DNA of 64,000 nt from an uncultured Acidimicrobiaceae bacterium (GTDB lineage: Bacteria > Actinomycetota > Acidimicrobiia > Spongiisociales > UBA5794): positions 75,162-139,161 of the forward strand of contig CAMYMC010000026.1 of NCBI GenBank assembly GCA_947259365.1, in the 5' to 3' direction. Positions 36,355-46,411 of the stretch are shown piece after piece. The notes below the pieces were generated by a model. It worked only from the letters and a program-made list of their open reading frames with translations, ran no database searches and was not told the origin of the DNA. The translations under genes were made by a program, and so were the position numbers. Within the stretch, counting starts at the first letter, position 1. Every line of letters starts with the position of its first letter.

Positions 36355-37716
36355 TCACGTCGTGGTCGTCTCCGCACCCTCGAAGTGCCAGCGCTCGCGC
36401 GACCGGCGCGCCTCATCGACGTCGACCCGGCCGAGAAGGAGCATCCCGGCGACGAAGAAGACCGCGATCGAGACGATGGCGGGCCGGCCCGACCCCGTCG
36501 CTCCGCTCACGATGGCGAACACGAGCGGCCCCCAGATCGCGGAGAACTTCGAGAACACCGTGAAGAAGCCGTAGAACTCGGCGGACGCCTCGACCGGGAT
36601 CATCGTCCCATACAGCGAGCGCGACAGCGCCTGGACACCCCCGAGGACGAGGCCGACGACGGCCGCCAGGGCGAAGAACGGGCCCGAGGCGCCCGCGGGG
36701 AGGAAGAAGGCGGCGACGGCGAGTAGCGACCACACCCCGAGCGAGACCATGATGGCCGGTTTCGTGCCGACGCGGTCGGCGAGCGCGCCGAAGAGCAACG
36801 CTCCCCCGAACGCGACGAACTGGACGATGAGGAACGCGATCGCGATCGTCTCCACCTCGAGCTCGAGCGTCTCTTCTGCGTACACGCCGCTCATCGCGAT
36901 CACGGTCTGGGTGCCGTCGTTGTAGAGGATGAACGCGACAACGAAGAGGAGGAGCTGCCTGAATCCGAGGAGCTTGCGGCCGGTGGCGACGGTCCGCCGA
37001 ACCCCGATCTCGGCGAAGGCGGCGAGCCTCCGCCGCCCGGCGTACTCCGCCGGCAGCGGCTCGGCCTCGCCCACCTCCGGCAGCCGGGACAGCGCGAAGA
37101 ACGTGAACCCAGCCCACCACACCCCGGACCCGAAGATCCCTATGCGAAACGAGGTCTCCGCGGCGAGGCCGGTGACTCCGTCCTCACCGCTCAACAGGGC
37201 GAGCACGAGGACGAGGAAGAGGTAGAGCCCCCCACCGACGTAGCCGAAGGCGAAGCCGCGCGAGGACACGCGGTCGATCGTGGCGTCGGTCGAGATCGAC
37301 GGGAGGAACGCGTCGTAGAACACGTTCGCCGCAACGAAACCGATCTGGGTGACGAGGGCGAGGGCGAGGAAGAGCGGCACCTCGCCCGACGGCACCCAGG
37401 CCACGACGAGCGTGAATCCCGCCCCGACGAGGGCGGCGATCCGGAGGAACCTCCGCTTGGTCGCGGAGAAGTCGGCGACCGCACCGAGCACCGGCATGCC
37501 GAGAAACAGCACTGCGGCGCCGATCGACACGACGAGCCCCCACAGCGTCTGGCCGCTCACGGTCCACCCAAAGAGCCCGTAACCCTCCTCGGGGACGATC
37601 TCGTCGGTGAAGAACGCCGCGGTCACCGCACCGAACGTCGTGATGTACGCCGAGTTCGCCCAGTCGTACATCGCCCAGCCGAAGATGGTCCGGCGATCGC
37701 TGTGCAGTCCCGTCAT
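36355..37716 (-). CDS. MFS transporter, UMF1 (Atg22-like) family
   Basis: 453 aa, 12 TM helices. N-terminal GWAMYDWANSAY motif characteristic of UMF1/Atg22-like transporters. Confidence 0.7.
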   Translation of the reverse strand: MTGLHSDRRTIFGWAMYDWANSAYITTFGAVTAAFFTDEIVPEEGYGLFGWTVSGQTLWGLVVSIGAAVLFLGMPVLGAVADFSATKRRFLRIAALVGAGFTLVVAWVPSGEVPLFLALALVTQIGFVAANVFYDAFLPSISTDATIDRVSSRGFAFGYVGGGLYLFLVLVLALLSGEDGVTGLAAETSFRIGIFGSGVWWAGFTFFALSRLPEVGEAEPLPAEYAGRRRLAAFAEIGVRRTVATGRKLLGFRQLLLFVVAFILYNDGTQTVIAMSGVYAEETLELEVETIAIAFLIVQFVAFGGALLFGALADRVGTKPAIMVSLGVWSLLAVAAFFLPAGASGPFFALAAVVGLVLGGVQALSRSLYGTMIPVEASAEFYGFFTVFSKFSAIWGPLVFAIVSGATGSGRPAIVSIAVFFVAGMLLLGRVDVDEARRSRERWHFEGAETTTT

Positions 37717-37787
37717 CGGCCCCCGGTCGTCGGCGATCGCCCGAGGCTACGGCGCCGACAGCACCGGCGCCACGTCCCGCCGGCGGA

Positions 37788-38603
37788 TCATCGCGGCGGC
37801 GGGTCCCCGCGTCGAACCCCGTCGACCCGGACGAGGTGGGAGCGCAGCGCCGTGCTCACCGCTTCCGGCGCCTCGATCGGGGTGAGATGGCCGACACCGG
37901 GGATGACGACGAGGTCGCCGTGAGGGATCGCCTCCGCCATCTCCCGCGCCGTCTCCTCGGGAGCTAGCGAGTCCTCGGCGCCGGTCACGACGAGTGTCGG
38001 CACGGCCAGGGACCCCAGCACATGGGTGCGGTCACTCCGGTCGCGCATCCCGATGAGACAAGCGAGAAGCGTCTCGTACGGCGTCCGCTCCACCATCGTC
38101 CGCAGCCGGGCCCGTGCGGTGATCGACGCCCCCGGCCCGAGCAGCGAGGCGTGCATCTCGGCGCCGAGCAGCGCCCTCCCGGAGCCGACGGCCGTCTGGG
38201 CCAGGAAGTCCCGGCTCGCCTTCGCCTCCTCGTCGTCGCCAATCGCTTTCGTGTTGAGAAGGGCGAGCGACCGCAGGCGGTGGCCGAACAGCTCGGCGAA
38301 GGCGAGCGCCACGTAGCCCCCCATCGAGAGCCCGGCGAGATCGATGCGCTCCGCCCCGAGGTGATCGGCGAGGTGGTCGAGGTCGGAGGCGAGCAGCTCC
38401 ATGGCGAGCCCGGCGCCGGTGACCGCCTCGGAGCCGCCGCAGCCGCGCAGGTCGACGGCGACGACCCGGCGCAGATCGGCGAGCGCCTCGAGCTGGTCGA
38501 GCCACAGCGTCGCGTCGAGCGGAAAGCCGTGCACCAGCACCAGCACGTCCCCGCGGCCTCTCTCCAGATAGTGCATTCGCCGGCCGTTGATGATCGCCTC
38601 CAC
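37788..38603 (-). CDS. alpha/beta-fold hydrolase
   Basis: 271 aa from the GTG at 38603 with a GGAGG RBS. HGFP oxyanion motif, nucleophile elbow GLSMGG, C-terminal His. The upstream 97 aa of the track ORF is Arg-rich junk. Confidence 0.75.
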   Translation of the reverse strand: MEAIINGRRMHYLERGRGDVLVLVHGFPLDATLWLDQLEALADLRRVVAVDLRGCGGSEAVTGAGLAMELLASDLDHLADHLGAERIDLAGLSMGGYVALAFAELFGHRLRSLALLNTKAIGDDEEAKASRDFLAQTAVGSGRALLGAEMHASLLGPGASITARARLRTMVERTPYETLLACLIGMRDRSDRTHVLGSLAVPTLVVTGAEDSLAPEETAREMAEAIPHGDLVVIPGVGHLTPIEAPEAVSTALRSHLVRVDGVRRGDPPPR

Positions 38604-38614
38604 GCCACCTCCTC

Positions 38615-39811
38615 TCAGGACGCCGGTCGGCGCTTCCAGACCGCGATGACGCCGAGGGCGACGAGCCCGAACGTCAGGCTCGCTGCCCACATGACATCGT
38701 ACGAGCCGGTGCTGTCGACCGTCTGCCCGTACACACCGGGAGCGACGGCGAGCCCGACGAGGAACCCGAACAGCACCCTGCCCGAGGCGCGGCCGGCGGC
38801 GGCCGGGCCGACGAGATCGATGACGGCGAGCATCCCGACGGCGTTCCACGAGCTCGATCCGGCGCCGAGCACGACGGCACCGACCCACATCCACGCCGCG
38901 CCCATCCCGGGGGCAGCCAGCATGAGCGCTGCGGCAACGGCGGCGAGCGCCGCGATCCAGCCGAGGGACGCGACGTGGTTGGCGCGCCGCTCAGCATGGA
39001 GTGCCCAGGCGATCCTGCCGACGACTGCGGAGAGGCCGACGACGGCTGCCGCCAGCCCCCCCGCCCGGACGCTGAGACCGAGGGCCTCCTCGGCAAAGAG
39101 CGGGATGAAGATTCCGGCCGCGCCCGAGGCACCGAGCAGGAACCCGTAGCCGGTGAGCCACCACACCGCGACCGGGAGGCGGCCCGGAGGCGCGCTACCC
39201 GCTGTTGCATCCCGGGTGCGGTCGCCGGGGAACACCGCGAGCACCGTGGGGATCGCCGCCAGCGCCACCACCGCGGCACCGGCGAGGGCGACCCTCCACC
39301 CGAATCGCTCGGCGATGACCGGCACCGCGACCCCGCCGGCGAAGATCGCAGCCTGGACGCCGGATTGCTTGACACCAGTGATCACGCCCCGCCGGCCAGG
39401 GGCGACGTGGGTGGCAATGGCCTTGTTCGTCGCCGGATTGGCGCCGGACTGGGCGAGGCCGCCGAGGATCCCGGCGAGGGCGAGAAACCCGAAGCCCGGC
39501 GCGATCGACGTGGCGGCGAACCCGGCGGCCGACAGCGCGAAGACACCGACGACGGCCCGCTTCGGCCCGATGCGGTCGGCGAACCGACCCGCCGCCGGCG
39601 ATGCCAGGCCTCCGGCGAGGACGTTGATGGCGACGATCGTCCCGATGTCGCGGTGGGCGAGGCCGAAATCCTCGATGAGGAACGATGCGATGATCCCGAT
39701 GACCGAGGCGGTGAAGGTGGAGGCGCCCATGGCGAGTAGGAGCAACCCGGCGAACCCGCGCCGCCGCTGCGGGCTCATTCCCTCCACCGGCGGTGCCCAG
39801 GAGTCGGTCAC
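38615..39811 (-). CDS. MFS transporter (12-TMS)
   Basis: 398 aa, multiple TM helices, GRFADRIGPKR MFS loop motif. Confidence 0.7.
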   Translation of the reverse strand: MTDSWAPPVEGMSPQRRRGFAGLLLLAMGASTFTASVIGIIASFLIEDFGLAHRDIGTIVAINVLAGGLASPAAGRFADRIGPKRAVVGVFALSAAGFAATSIAPGFGFLALAGILGGLAQSGANPATNKAIATHVAPGRRGVITGVKQSGVQAAIFAGGVAVPVIAERFGWRVALAGAAVVALAAIPTVLAVFPGDRTRDATAGSAPPGRLPVAVWWLTGYGFLLGASGAAGIFIPLFAEEALGLSVRAGGLAAAVVGLSAVVGRIAWALHAERRANHVASLGWIAALAAVAAALMLAAPGMGAAWMWVGAVVLGAGSSSWNAVGMLAVIDLVGPAAAGRASGRVLFGFLVGLAVAPGVYGQTVDSTGSYDVMWAASLTFGLVALGVIAVWKRRPAS

Positions 39812-40242
39812 GACGTGCCGGCGCCGCCACGCCGGTCGAGCTCCTCGCGCAGCGCCTCGTCGCTGTAGCTCATGAGCTCCGGGCTCCAGCCGAGAGCGGC
39901 CGGCGGCCCGTCGCTGCGGCCGAGGAGGTCGGCAACCGGATCCCGCAGCGTCCGGGCCCAGGCGCGTCCGGTCGCGGTGGCGTGATGGCTGAGCGTGCCG
40001 TCGGCGTTGGCGACGTAGACGCGGGCCTCGATCTGGGGACTCGCCCGCGACCCGCGCTCCCCGTATACGAGGAGCACGCAGCCCGCCGGCACGTCCTGGA
40101 TACCGCCGGCGGCGACGAACTCACCCTCGTAGGCCCAGCCGGACGCCTTCGACTCGTCGACCGACCTGACGACCTTTGCCCAGTTCTTCCGCCGTTCCTC
40201 GCCGACGAGCGGCACCTGGATCGCGATGAGCACGTCGTCCAC
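39808..40242 (-). CDS. hypothetical protein (144 aa), first gene of the MFS / alpha-beta hydrolase operon
   Basis: Its stop overlaps the MFS start (ATGA). No recognisable motif. Confidence 0.4.
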   Translation of the reverse strand: MDDVLIAIQVPLVGEERRKNWAKVVRSVDESKASGWAYEGEFVAAGGIQDVPAGCVLLVYGERGSRASPQIEARVYVANADGTLSHHATATGRAWARTLRDPVADLLGRSDGPPAALGWSPELMSYSDEALREELDRRGGAGTS

Positions 40243-40320
40243 GGGGGCACCCTATCGGGTTGACACCGGGGCGAGGAGACGGCAGCCGGGCCCGCCGCGA
40301 GAAGGGACCACAACGACGTC

Positions 40321-40343
40321 GGGGCAGGCGCGGTGCCTGCCCC
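40321..40343 (-). terminator. hairpin GGGGCAGGC-gcggt-GCCTGCCCC, 22 nt downstream of the 55-aa ORF stop
   Basis: Perfect 9-bp GC stem read directly. Followed on the transcript by a GUUGUGGU stretch. Confidence 0.45.
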
Positions 40344-40365
40344 GGTCGGTGGTCGGTCGGTGGAT

Positions 40366-40533
40366 CTAGCCGATGTGCTTGGCGAGGGTCGCGATCTCGT
40401 AGCGCATGCCGTCGAGGCGGGCACGCGACGCCGAGAGGTCGGCGATGGAACCGCCGTGACGGAGGTCTTCGTGCTCGAGCCACGCCGAGAGGAGACGATC
40501 GTACGCGGTCTGGAATTCGGTTGTGAGGGCCAT
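40366..40533 (-). CDS. unannotated small protein (55 aa; MALTTEFQTAYDRLLSAWLEHEDLRHGGSIADLSASRARLDGMRYEIATLAKHIG)
   Basis: Not in the ORF track (below its length cutoff). AAGGAG RBS 7 nt upstream of the ATG, own downstream hairpin, divergent from the LysR gene across an AT-rich promoter region. Confidence 0.5.
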   Translation of the reverse strand: MALTTEFQTAYDRLLSAWLEHEDLRHGGSIADLSASRARLDGMRYEIATLAKHIG

Positions 40534-40598
40534 TTCGGGGCTCCTTCTTGTGTTCTCGTCTCTCAGGGTGCCATGAGTTTGTATTCATGTCTACTAAT

Positions 40599-40617
40599 AT
40601 GATCTTGTGGTGATCAT
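40599..40617. promoter_or_regulatory. interrupted palindrome ATGATC-N7-GATCAT in the AT-rich LysR / small-ORF divergent intergenic region (candidate LTTR box)
   Basis: Read directly. Located 29 bp upstream of the LysR GTG, in a roughly 100-bp stretch of clearly lower GC than the surroundings. Confidence 0.4.
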
Positions 40618-40645
40618 CAGTGTTGCTTAATCCATATCCGGCGAA

Positions 40646-41575
40646 GTGATCGATGCCAGACGCCTGCTGACGCTTCGCGAGGTGGCCGCTCGGGGCACGA
40701 TCGCGGCCGCTGCGGAGGCGCTCGCGTTCACGCCCTCGGCCGTGTCCCAGCAGATCTCCAAGCTCGAGACCGAGGTCGGCGCCCCCCTCCTGGAGCGTTA
40801 CGGGCGAGGGGTGCGCCTCACCGAGGTCGGCGCCGTTCTCGTCGAGCACGCCGACGCGGTCTTCGAAGCACTCGATCGCGCCGAGGCCGCCGTGGAGGAG
40901 GCGAAGGGTGAGGCCGTCGGCACCGTGCGAGTCGGCGCGTTCGCCTCCGCCGCGACAGAGCTCGTCGCCCCTGCGATCCGGTCGCTGCGGGCGACCGCGC
41001 CCAAACTGCGTATCGAGCTCAGCGAGCTGGAGGATCCCTCGTCGATCGTCGGCCTGCGGCTCGGCGAGCTCGACCTCATCGTGCTCCAGGACTTCACCCA
41101 TGTCCCAACCCGGACACCGAGCGGGTTCACTCGTCACCATCTCGTCCACGACCCGCTCGTGCTCGCTCTCCCCCGCACCTGGCGTGTCGGCGCCCTCGAG
41201 ACCCTCGGTGACCTGCGTGACCGGCCGTGGATCGCCGAGCCGGAGGTGAACCCTTCGGGCCGGGCGTTCCGACGCGCCTGCCGGGACGCCGGGTTCGAGC
41301 CCGAGATCCGCTACACCGTCGAGTCGTTCCAGGTGATGGCGGCGCTGGTGGCGCGCGGCCTCGGCGTCGCACTCGTCCCCCGCCTCGTCGTGAGGGGCAG
41401 AGCGGTCGGCCTGCGGCTCGAGGAGGCACCCGGGCGCGGGCTGTCGCGCCAGATCTACGCCGCCACCCGCCACGAGGAGGTGCAACGCCCGACGGTGCGC
41501 GCCGTCCTCGAGGCGATCCGGGAGGCCGCCGCTCAGGAGGCGCCCGGCGGGGCGTTGCGGTCGAGGAACTCGTAG
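40646..41575 (+). CDS. LysR-family transcriptional regulator
   Basis: 309 aa. N-terminal wHTH (AAAEALAFTPSAVSQQISKLE) plus C-terminal substrate-binding domain. Confidence 0.85.
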   Translation: MIDARRLLTLREVAARGTIAAAAEALAFTPSAVSQQISKLETEVGAPLLERYGRGVRLTEVGAVLVEHADAVFEALDRAEAAVEEAKGEAVGTVRVGAFASAATELVAPAIRSLRATAPKLRIELSELEDPSSIVGLRLGELDLIVLQDFTHVPTRTPSGFTRHHLVHDPLVLALPRTWRVGALETLGDLRDRPWIAEPEVNPSGRAFRRACRDAGFEPEIRYTVESFQVMAALVARGLGVALVPRLVVRGRAVGLRLEEAPGRGLSRQIYAATRHEEVQRPTVRAVLEAIREAAAQEAPGGALRSRNS

Positions 41576-42987
41576 ACCTCGGCGAGGTCCACCCCGGGGA
41601 TCGTCTCGACCGGCATCGCGGCGAGCACGTGGCTGTTGGGTCGCACCGACGGCCAGGCCCAACCCGACCACCGCGACGTCATCGTTTCAGCAGGCCGCCG
41701 ACAGCAGTCCCCGTCCGGGCACCGGCTGACCGAGCGCCGATCCGTGTCTCTCCCCCGGAAGTGCTGAGCGTCCTCGAAGCGGACGCCGACGGTGATCGCC
41801 TCCATCCGGTGCTCGTCGACGTGCGTGGCACACCAGAAGGTCCCCTCGCGCGTGTCGGTGTACTGGTGATGGATGGAGAACTTGTCCTCGGAGTGGAAGG
41901 CCTGGCGCGTTCCCCACTCCCGACACAGTCGCTGGCCCTCGATGGCGCCCACCGAGTTCTTCGGGAACGGGACGTCGTTGTTCTCGTACGCCTTCCAGAT
42001 GATGCCGAGCTCGTCGGAGCGGACGAAGTGGACCCGGAGTCCGAGATGCTCGGTGGCGAGGTTCGTGAAACGGTGCGCGGCCATCTCGTAGCTCACGTAG
42101 AACGTGTCCCGCAGATCGCCGATCGACAGGTCGCGCTCGTCCATCGCCTCCCGCAGGAAGGGCACCGCGGCGACCTCGGGAACGAGCGCGGCACCGGCGA
42201 AGTAGTTCGCCTCGACCCGCTGGCGCAAGAACTCGGCGAAACTCACCGGATCCTCGTGGCCGAGGGCGAAGTGCCCCAGGGTCTGGAGGACGACGGAGCG
42301 AGCCCCCCTCGTCGACATCGCATCCCGCTGCGGCACGTAGAGACGGCGGTGACGCAGATCGGTGACGGACCGGACCGACGATGGCAGATCCTGGGCCCTG
42401 ACGACGGTGAAGCCCATGTGACCGGCGAGGCTCTGGATGTCGCCTTCAGTCAGGGCGGCATGCCCGGCGTAGTCCACGGCGGCAACCGCCTCGCGAGCGA
42501 GCTTCTCGATCTCGGCGAAGTAGTTGCCTCGCTCCTTCATCTCGGCGCGGAGCACCGAGTTCGCGATGCGGGCTTCTTCTCGCGTCGCCACGGTCGGCGC
42601 CGCCCTTCCCTTCACCTCGTTGAACAGCGCCAGGATGTGCTCGAGCGCGGCATCGGGGAGCTTCGCCGAGGGCTTGAGGTGCGGCAGCCCCAGCTCGCGG
42701 TAGAGCGCGTGCTCCTGGGCCCGCTCGATCCCGATCTCCAGCTCCGCTCGTCGCGACGGGGGCTCGGGGCTGAGCAGTTCGACGGCGGCGACGTCGAGGG
42801 CCTCTGCGATCGCGTTGATGACCCCGAGCCGGGGCTCGCGCTTGCCGTTCTCGACGAGCGACAGGTAGGGCGCCGGCTTGTCCACGCGTGCCCCGAGCTC
42901 CTCGAGGGTGAGCCCGCGAGCCCGCCGGTAATGCCGGACTCTGTGACCGAACACGAGCGGATCGACTGTGTTTTCGCTCATAATCAT
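41533..42987 (-). CDS. ramB: RamB/ScfR-like regulator (XRE HTH + DUF955 ImmA/IrrE-type domain) of glyoxylate/short-chain fatty-acid metabolism
   Basis: 484 aa. N-terminal XRE HTH (LVFGHRVRHYRRARGLTLEELGARV), long C-terminal region with Cys/His residues. Divergent from aceB-aceA, as ramB is from icl in mycobacteria and corynebacteria. Confidence 0.7.
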   Translation of the reverse strand: MIMSENTVDPLVFGHRVRHYRRARGLTLEELGARVDKPAPYLSLVENGKREPRLGVINAIAEALDVAAVELLSPEPPSRRAELEIGIERAQEHALYRELGLPHLKPSAKLPDAALEHILALFNEVKGRAAPTVATREEARIANSVLRAEMKERGNYFAEIEKLAREAVAAVDYAGHAALTEGDIQSLAGHMGFTVVRAQDLPSSVRSVTDLRHRRLYVPQRDAMSTRGARSVVLQTLGHFALGHEDPVSFAEFLRQRVEANYFAGAALVPEVAAVPFLREAMDERDLSIGDLRDTFYVSYEMAAHRFTNLATEHLGLRVHFVRSDELGIIWKAYENNDVPFPKNSVGAIEGQRLCREWGTRQAFHSEDKFSIHHQYTDTREGTFWCATHVDEHRMEAITVGVRFEDAQHFRGRDTDRRSVSRCPDGDCCRRPAETMTSRWSGWAWPSVRPNSHVLAAMPVETIPGVDLAEVYEFLDRNAPPGAS

Positions 42988-43002
42988 GCCCCTCTCGGTG
43001 TC

Positions 43003-43036
43003 ACATGATAAGAACTTCTGATCTTTGCCGCATCAT
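43003..43036. promoter_or_regulatory. dyad CATGAT-N22-ATCATG containing AAGAACTT / CTTTGCC half-motifs (RamB-box-like) in the ramB-aceB intergenic region
   Basis: Read directly in an AT-enriched patch about 90 bp upstream of the aceB GTG. Resembles the corynebacterial RamB consensus A(A/G)AACTTTGCAAA split in two. Confidence 0.35.
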
Positions 43037-43120
43037 GTCTTGCGACGCAGCCGGTCACGGGCGACGCTGACGCCAGCCCGGAGTGCGATCCGGGGCCCGA
43101 CCGAGTGGAGGACGATCGTC

Positions 43121-44731
43121 GTGGAAACCCCCCTAGGAGTGGAGTTGCGAGGCCCAACGGTCCCCGCGTCCGACGGGGCGCCCGGCTTCAACGAGGTGCT
43201 CTCCGCCGAAGCGCTCGCGTTCGTCGCCGATCTCCACCGCGGCTTCGGAGCGACGCGGGCCGGGCTCCTCACGGCGCGTGCCGCCCGGCAGCGGCGCATC
43301 GATGAGGGCGAGATGCCAGGGTTCCTCGACGAGACCGCCGGGGTGAGAACGGCCGAGTGGACCGTCGTCCCGCCCGCACCCGATCTCATGGACCGCCGGG
43401 TCGAGATCACCGGCCCCGTCGATCGCAAGATGATGATCAACGCGCTCAACTCCGGAGCCAGGGTCTTCATGGCCGACTTCGAGGACTCGGCATCGCCGAC
43501 GTGGGAGAACATGGTGCGGGGCCAGGCCAACCTCATGGACGCCGTCCGCGGGACGATCTCGATGACGTCGAACGGCAAGCACTACGCGCTCGGCGAGGAG
43601 ACGGCGACCCTCGTCGTCCGCCCCCGCGGATGGCACCTGCCCGAGCGCCACATCCTCGTCGACGGCGAGCCGATCTCGGCGAGCCTCCTCGACTTCGGGC
43701 TCTACGTGTTCCACAACGCCGCCGAGCTCGTCGCTCGCGGCTCCGGTCCCTACTTCTACCTTCCCAAGCTCGAGAGCCATCTCGAGGCGCGCCTGTGGAA
43801 CGACGTCTTCTTGCGGGCCCAGGACGCCCTCGGCCTGCCCCGGGGCACGATCAGAGCCACCGTGCTCATCGAGACGATCCTCGCCGCGTTCGAGATGGAC
43901 GAGATCCTCTACGAGCTCAAGGACCACTCCTCGGGCCTCAACGCCGGACGATGGGACTACATGTTCTCCATCATCAAGAAGTTCAGGAACCACCCCGAGA
44001 TGGTGCTGCCGGACCGGGCCCAGGTCACGATGACCGTTCCGTTCATGCGGGCCTACACCGATCTCCTCATCCGCACCTGCCACCGGCGGGGTGCCCATGC
44101 CATGGGAGGGATGGCGGCATTCATCCCCTCCCGGCGCGATCCCGAGATCAATCGGGTCGCGATGGCGAAGGTACGCGACGACAAAGAACGCGAGTCCCGC
44201 GACGGCCACGACGGCACCTGGGTCGCCCACCCCGACCTCGTCCCCCTCGCCACCGAGGTCTTCGCCGAGGTCCTCGGTGACCGCCCCCACCAGATCGGAG
44301 TGCTCCGCGAGGACGTCACGCCCGATGCCGCCGCCCTGCTGGACACGAAGGTGGAGGGCGGCACCGTGACCCCCGACGGCGTGCGCACGAACGTCGACGT
44401 CGCGATCCGCTACCTCGCCTCGTGGCTCACCGGCAACGGCGCCGCCGCCATCTACAACCTCATGGAGGACGCGGCAACGGCCGAGATCTCGCGGTCGCAG
44501 CTCTGGCAGTGGGTCCACAACGCCATCGCCACGAGCGACGGCGAGACCGTCGACGAGCGTCTCGTGGGCTCCATCGCGGACGAGGCCCTCGCCCGGCTGC
44601 GCGATGAACTCGGCCCGGAGGCGTTCGCGGCGGGGAGGTTCGAGGAGGCGCGCGCGCTTCTGGAACGGGTCGCCCTCGACGCCGAGTTCCACGAGTTCCT
44701 CACGCTCCCGGCGTATGAGCTCATCGACTGA
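43121..44731 (+). CDS. aceB: malate synthase A
   Basis: About 536 aa from the GTG at 43121, with GGAGGA 8 nt upstream. Colinear with E. coli AceB ([32 protein letters not shown]...). Confidence 0.9.
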   Translation: METPLGVELRGPTVPASDGAPGFNEVLSAEALAFVADLHRGFGATRAGLLTARAARQRRIDEGEMPGFLDETAGVRTAEWTVVPPAPDLMDRRVEITGPVDRKMMINALNSGARVFMADFEDSASPTWENMVRGQANLMDAVRGTISMTSNGKHYALGEETATLVVRPRGWHLPERHILVDGEPISASLLDFGLYVFHNAAELVARGSGPYFYLPKLESHLEARLWNDVFLRAQDALGLPRGTIRATVLIETILAAFEMDEILYELKDHSSGLNAGRWDYMFSIIKKFRNHPEMVLPDRAQVTMTVPFMRAYTDLLIRTCHRRGAHAMGGMAAFIPSRRDPEINRVAMAKVRDDKERESRDGHDGTWVAHPDLVPLATEVFAEVLGDRPHQIGVLREDVTPDAAALLDTKVEGGTVTPDGVRTNVDVAIRYLASWLTGNGAAAIYNLMEDAATAEISRSQLWQWVHNAIATSDGETVDERLVGSIADEALARLRDELGPEAFAAGRFEEARALLERVALDAEFHEFLTLPAYELID

Positions 44732-44762
44732 AACGACCGATCGACGACGAGAGGTGGGCACG

Positions 44763-46064
44763 ATGACGTCAGACCAGGCTCACGACGAGCGGGCCGCGGC
44801 GATCCGTGATGACTGGGCCTCGAACCCGAGATGGGCGAGCGTCCGGCGAGACTACGCACCCGAGGACGTCGTGCGACTCCAGGGGTCGTTCCCGATCGAG
44901 CACACCCTGGCGCGGCGCGGGGCAGAGCAGCTCTGGGAGCTCCTCTGCAGCGACGACTACGTCCACGCCCTCGGGGCGATGTCGGGGGGCCAGGCGGTGC
45001 AGATGGTCAAGGCGGGACTCCGGGCGATCTATCTCTCCGGCTGGCAGGTCGCCGGCGACGCCAACCTCTCCGGCGAGGTGTACCCGGACCAGTCGCTGTA
45101 TCCCGTCAACAGCGGCCCGGAGCTGGTGCGCCGCATCAACAGCGCATTGCGCCGGGCCGACGAGATCGAGTGGTCGGAGGGCCAGCGGGGCCGCGTTTGG
45201 ATGGTCCCCGTCGTCGCCGACGCCGAGGCCGGGTTCGGCGGCGCCCTCAACGCCTTCGAGCTCACGAAGAGCTACATCGCCGCCGGGGCCGCCGCCGTCC
45301 ACCTCGAGGATCAGCTCGCTGCGGAGAAGAAGTGCGGGCACATGGGCGGCAAGGTGCTCGTCCCCACCTCCCAGCACATCAGGACGCTGACCTCGGCACG
45401 GCTCGCCGCCGACGTCATGGGGGTTCCGACCCTCGTCATGGCACGGACGGATTCGCTCGGGGCCACCCTGCTGATGAGCGACGTCGACGAGCGGGACCGA
45501 CGGTTCCTCACGGGTGAGCGCACAGCGGAGGGCTTCTACCGTGTCCGCAACGGGATGGCGTCGGCGATCGCCCGCGGCCTCGCCTACGCCCCGTACGCCG
45601 ACCTCATCTGGTGCGAGACGGCGACGCCGGACCTCGCCGAGGCCGCGACGTTCGCCGAGGCGATGCACGCCGAGTACCCCGGGAAGATGCTCGCCTACAA
45701 CTGCTCGCCGTCGTTCAACTGGAGGCGCCACCTCGACGACGCCACGATCGCCAAGTTCCAGAAGGAGCTGGGGGCGATGGGCTACCGCTTCCAGTTCATC
45801 ACCCTCGCCGGGTTCCACGCCCTCAACGCCACGATGTTCGACCTCGCCGAGGGCTACGCCGCAGAGGGCATGACGGCCTACGTGCGCCTCCAGGAGGCGG
45901 AGTTCGCGATGGAGGACCGGGGCTACACCGCCACCCGCCACCAGCGGGAGGTCGGCGCCGGCTACTTCGACGAGGTCTCCCAGGTGATCACCGGGGGCGC
46001 CTCCTCGACGCTGGCCCTCGAAGGCTCGACGGAGGAAGACCAGTTCTACGACGGCGAGGAGTGA
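44763..46064 (+). CDS. aceA: isocitrate lyase
   Basis: 433 aa from the ATG at 44763 with a GAGAGGTGGG RBS. Signature KKCGHMGGK. Confidence 0.9.
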   Translation: MTSDQAHDERAAAIRDDWASNPRWASVRRDYAPEDVVRLQGSFPIEHTLARRGAEQLWELLCSDDYVHALGAMSGGQAVQMVKAGLRAIYLSGWQVAGDANLSGEVYPDQSLYPVNSGPELVRRINSALRRADEIEWSEGQRGRVWMVPVVADAEAGFGGALNAFELTKSYIAAGAAAVHLEDQLAAEKKCGHMGGKVLVPTSQHIRTLTSARLAADVMGVPTLVMARTDSLGATLLMSDVDERDRRFLTGERTAEGFYRVRNGMASAIARGLAYAPYADLIWCETATPDLAEAATFAEAMHAEYPGKMLAYNCSPSFNWRRHLDDATIAKFQKELGAMGYRFQFITLAGFHALNATMFDLAEGYAAEGMTAYVRLQEAEFAMEDRGYTATRHQREVGAGYFDEVSQVITGGASSTLALEGSTEEDQFYDGEE

Positions 46065-46411
46065 CCGACCCGGGCCACCGGGCTCCACCGAGCGAACGAA
46101 TCTGGAGGTGATCCCCATACCGTGACGGGGCAGGGTCGCCGATGCTGTGGTCATGAGCGCGGCAGTCCCTCGAACCCGGCACCCGCCTGCTCGCCACGAA
46201 GACGAGCTGGCGGAGGGTCACCGGCTGGATCAACGCCAACGCGCTGGCGCTCTACGTCGTCCACCTCACGCCATGGCTCGTCATGATCGCCACCGCCGTC
46301 ACCGTGTTGGGCTGGGAGCCGCCAGAGGCACCGACGGCCGGCTGGTGGCCTGCTCCGGCTCTATCGCCCCACCGGACGGCGCAACTGAAGGTGGTGGGCT
46401 CCGCCCGGCTC

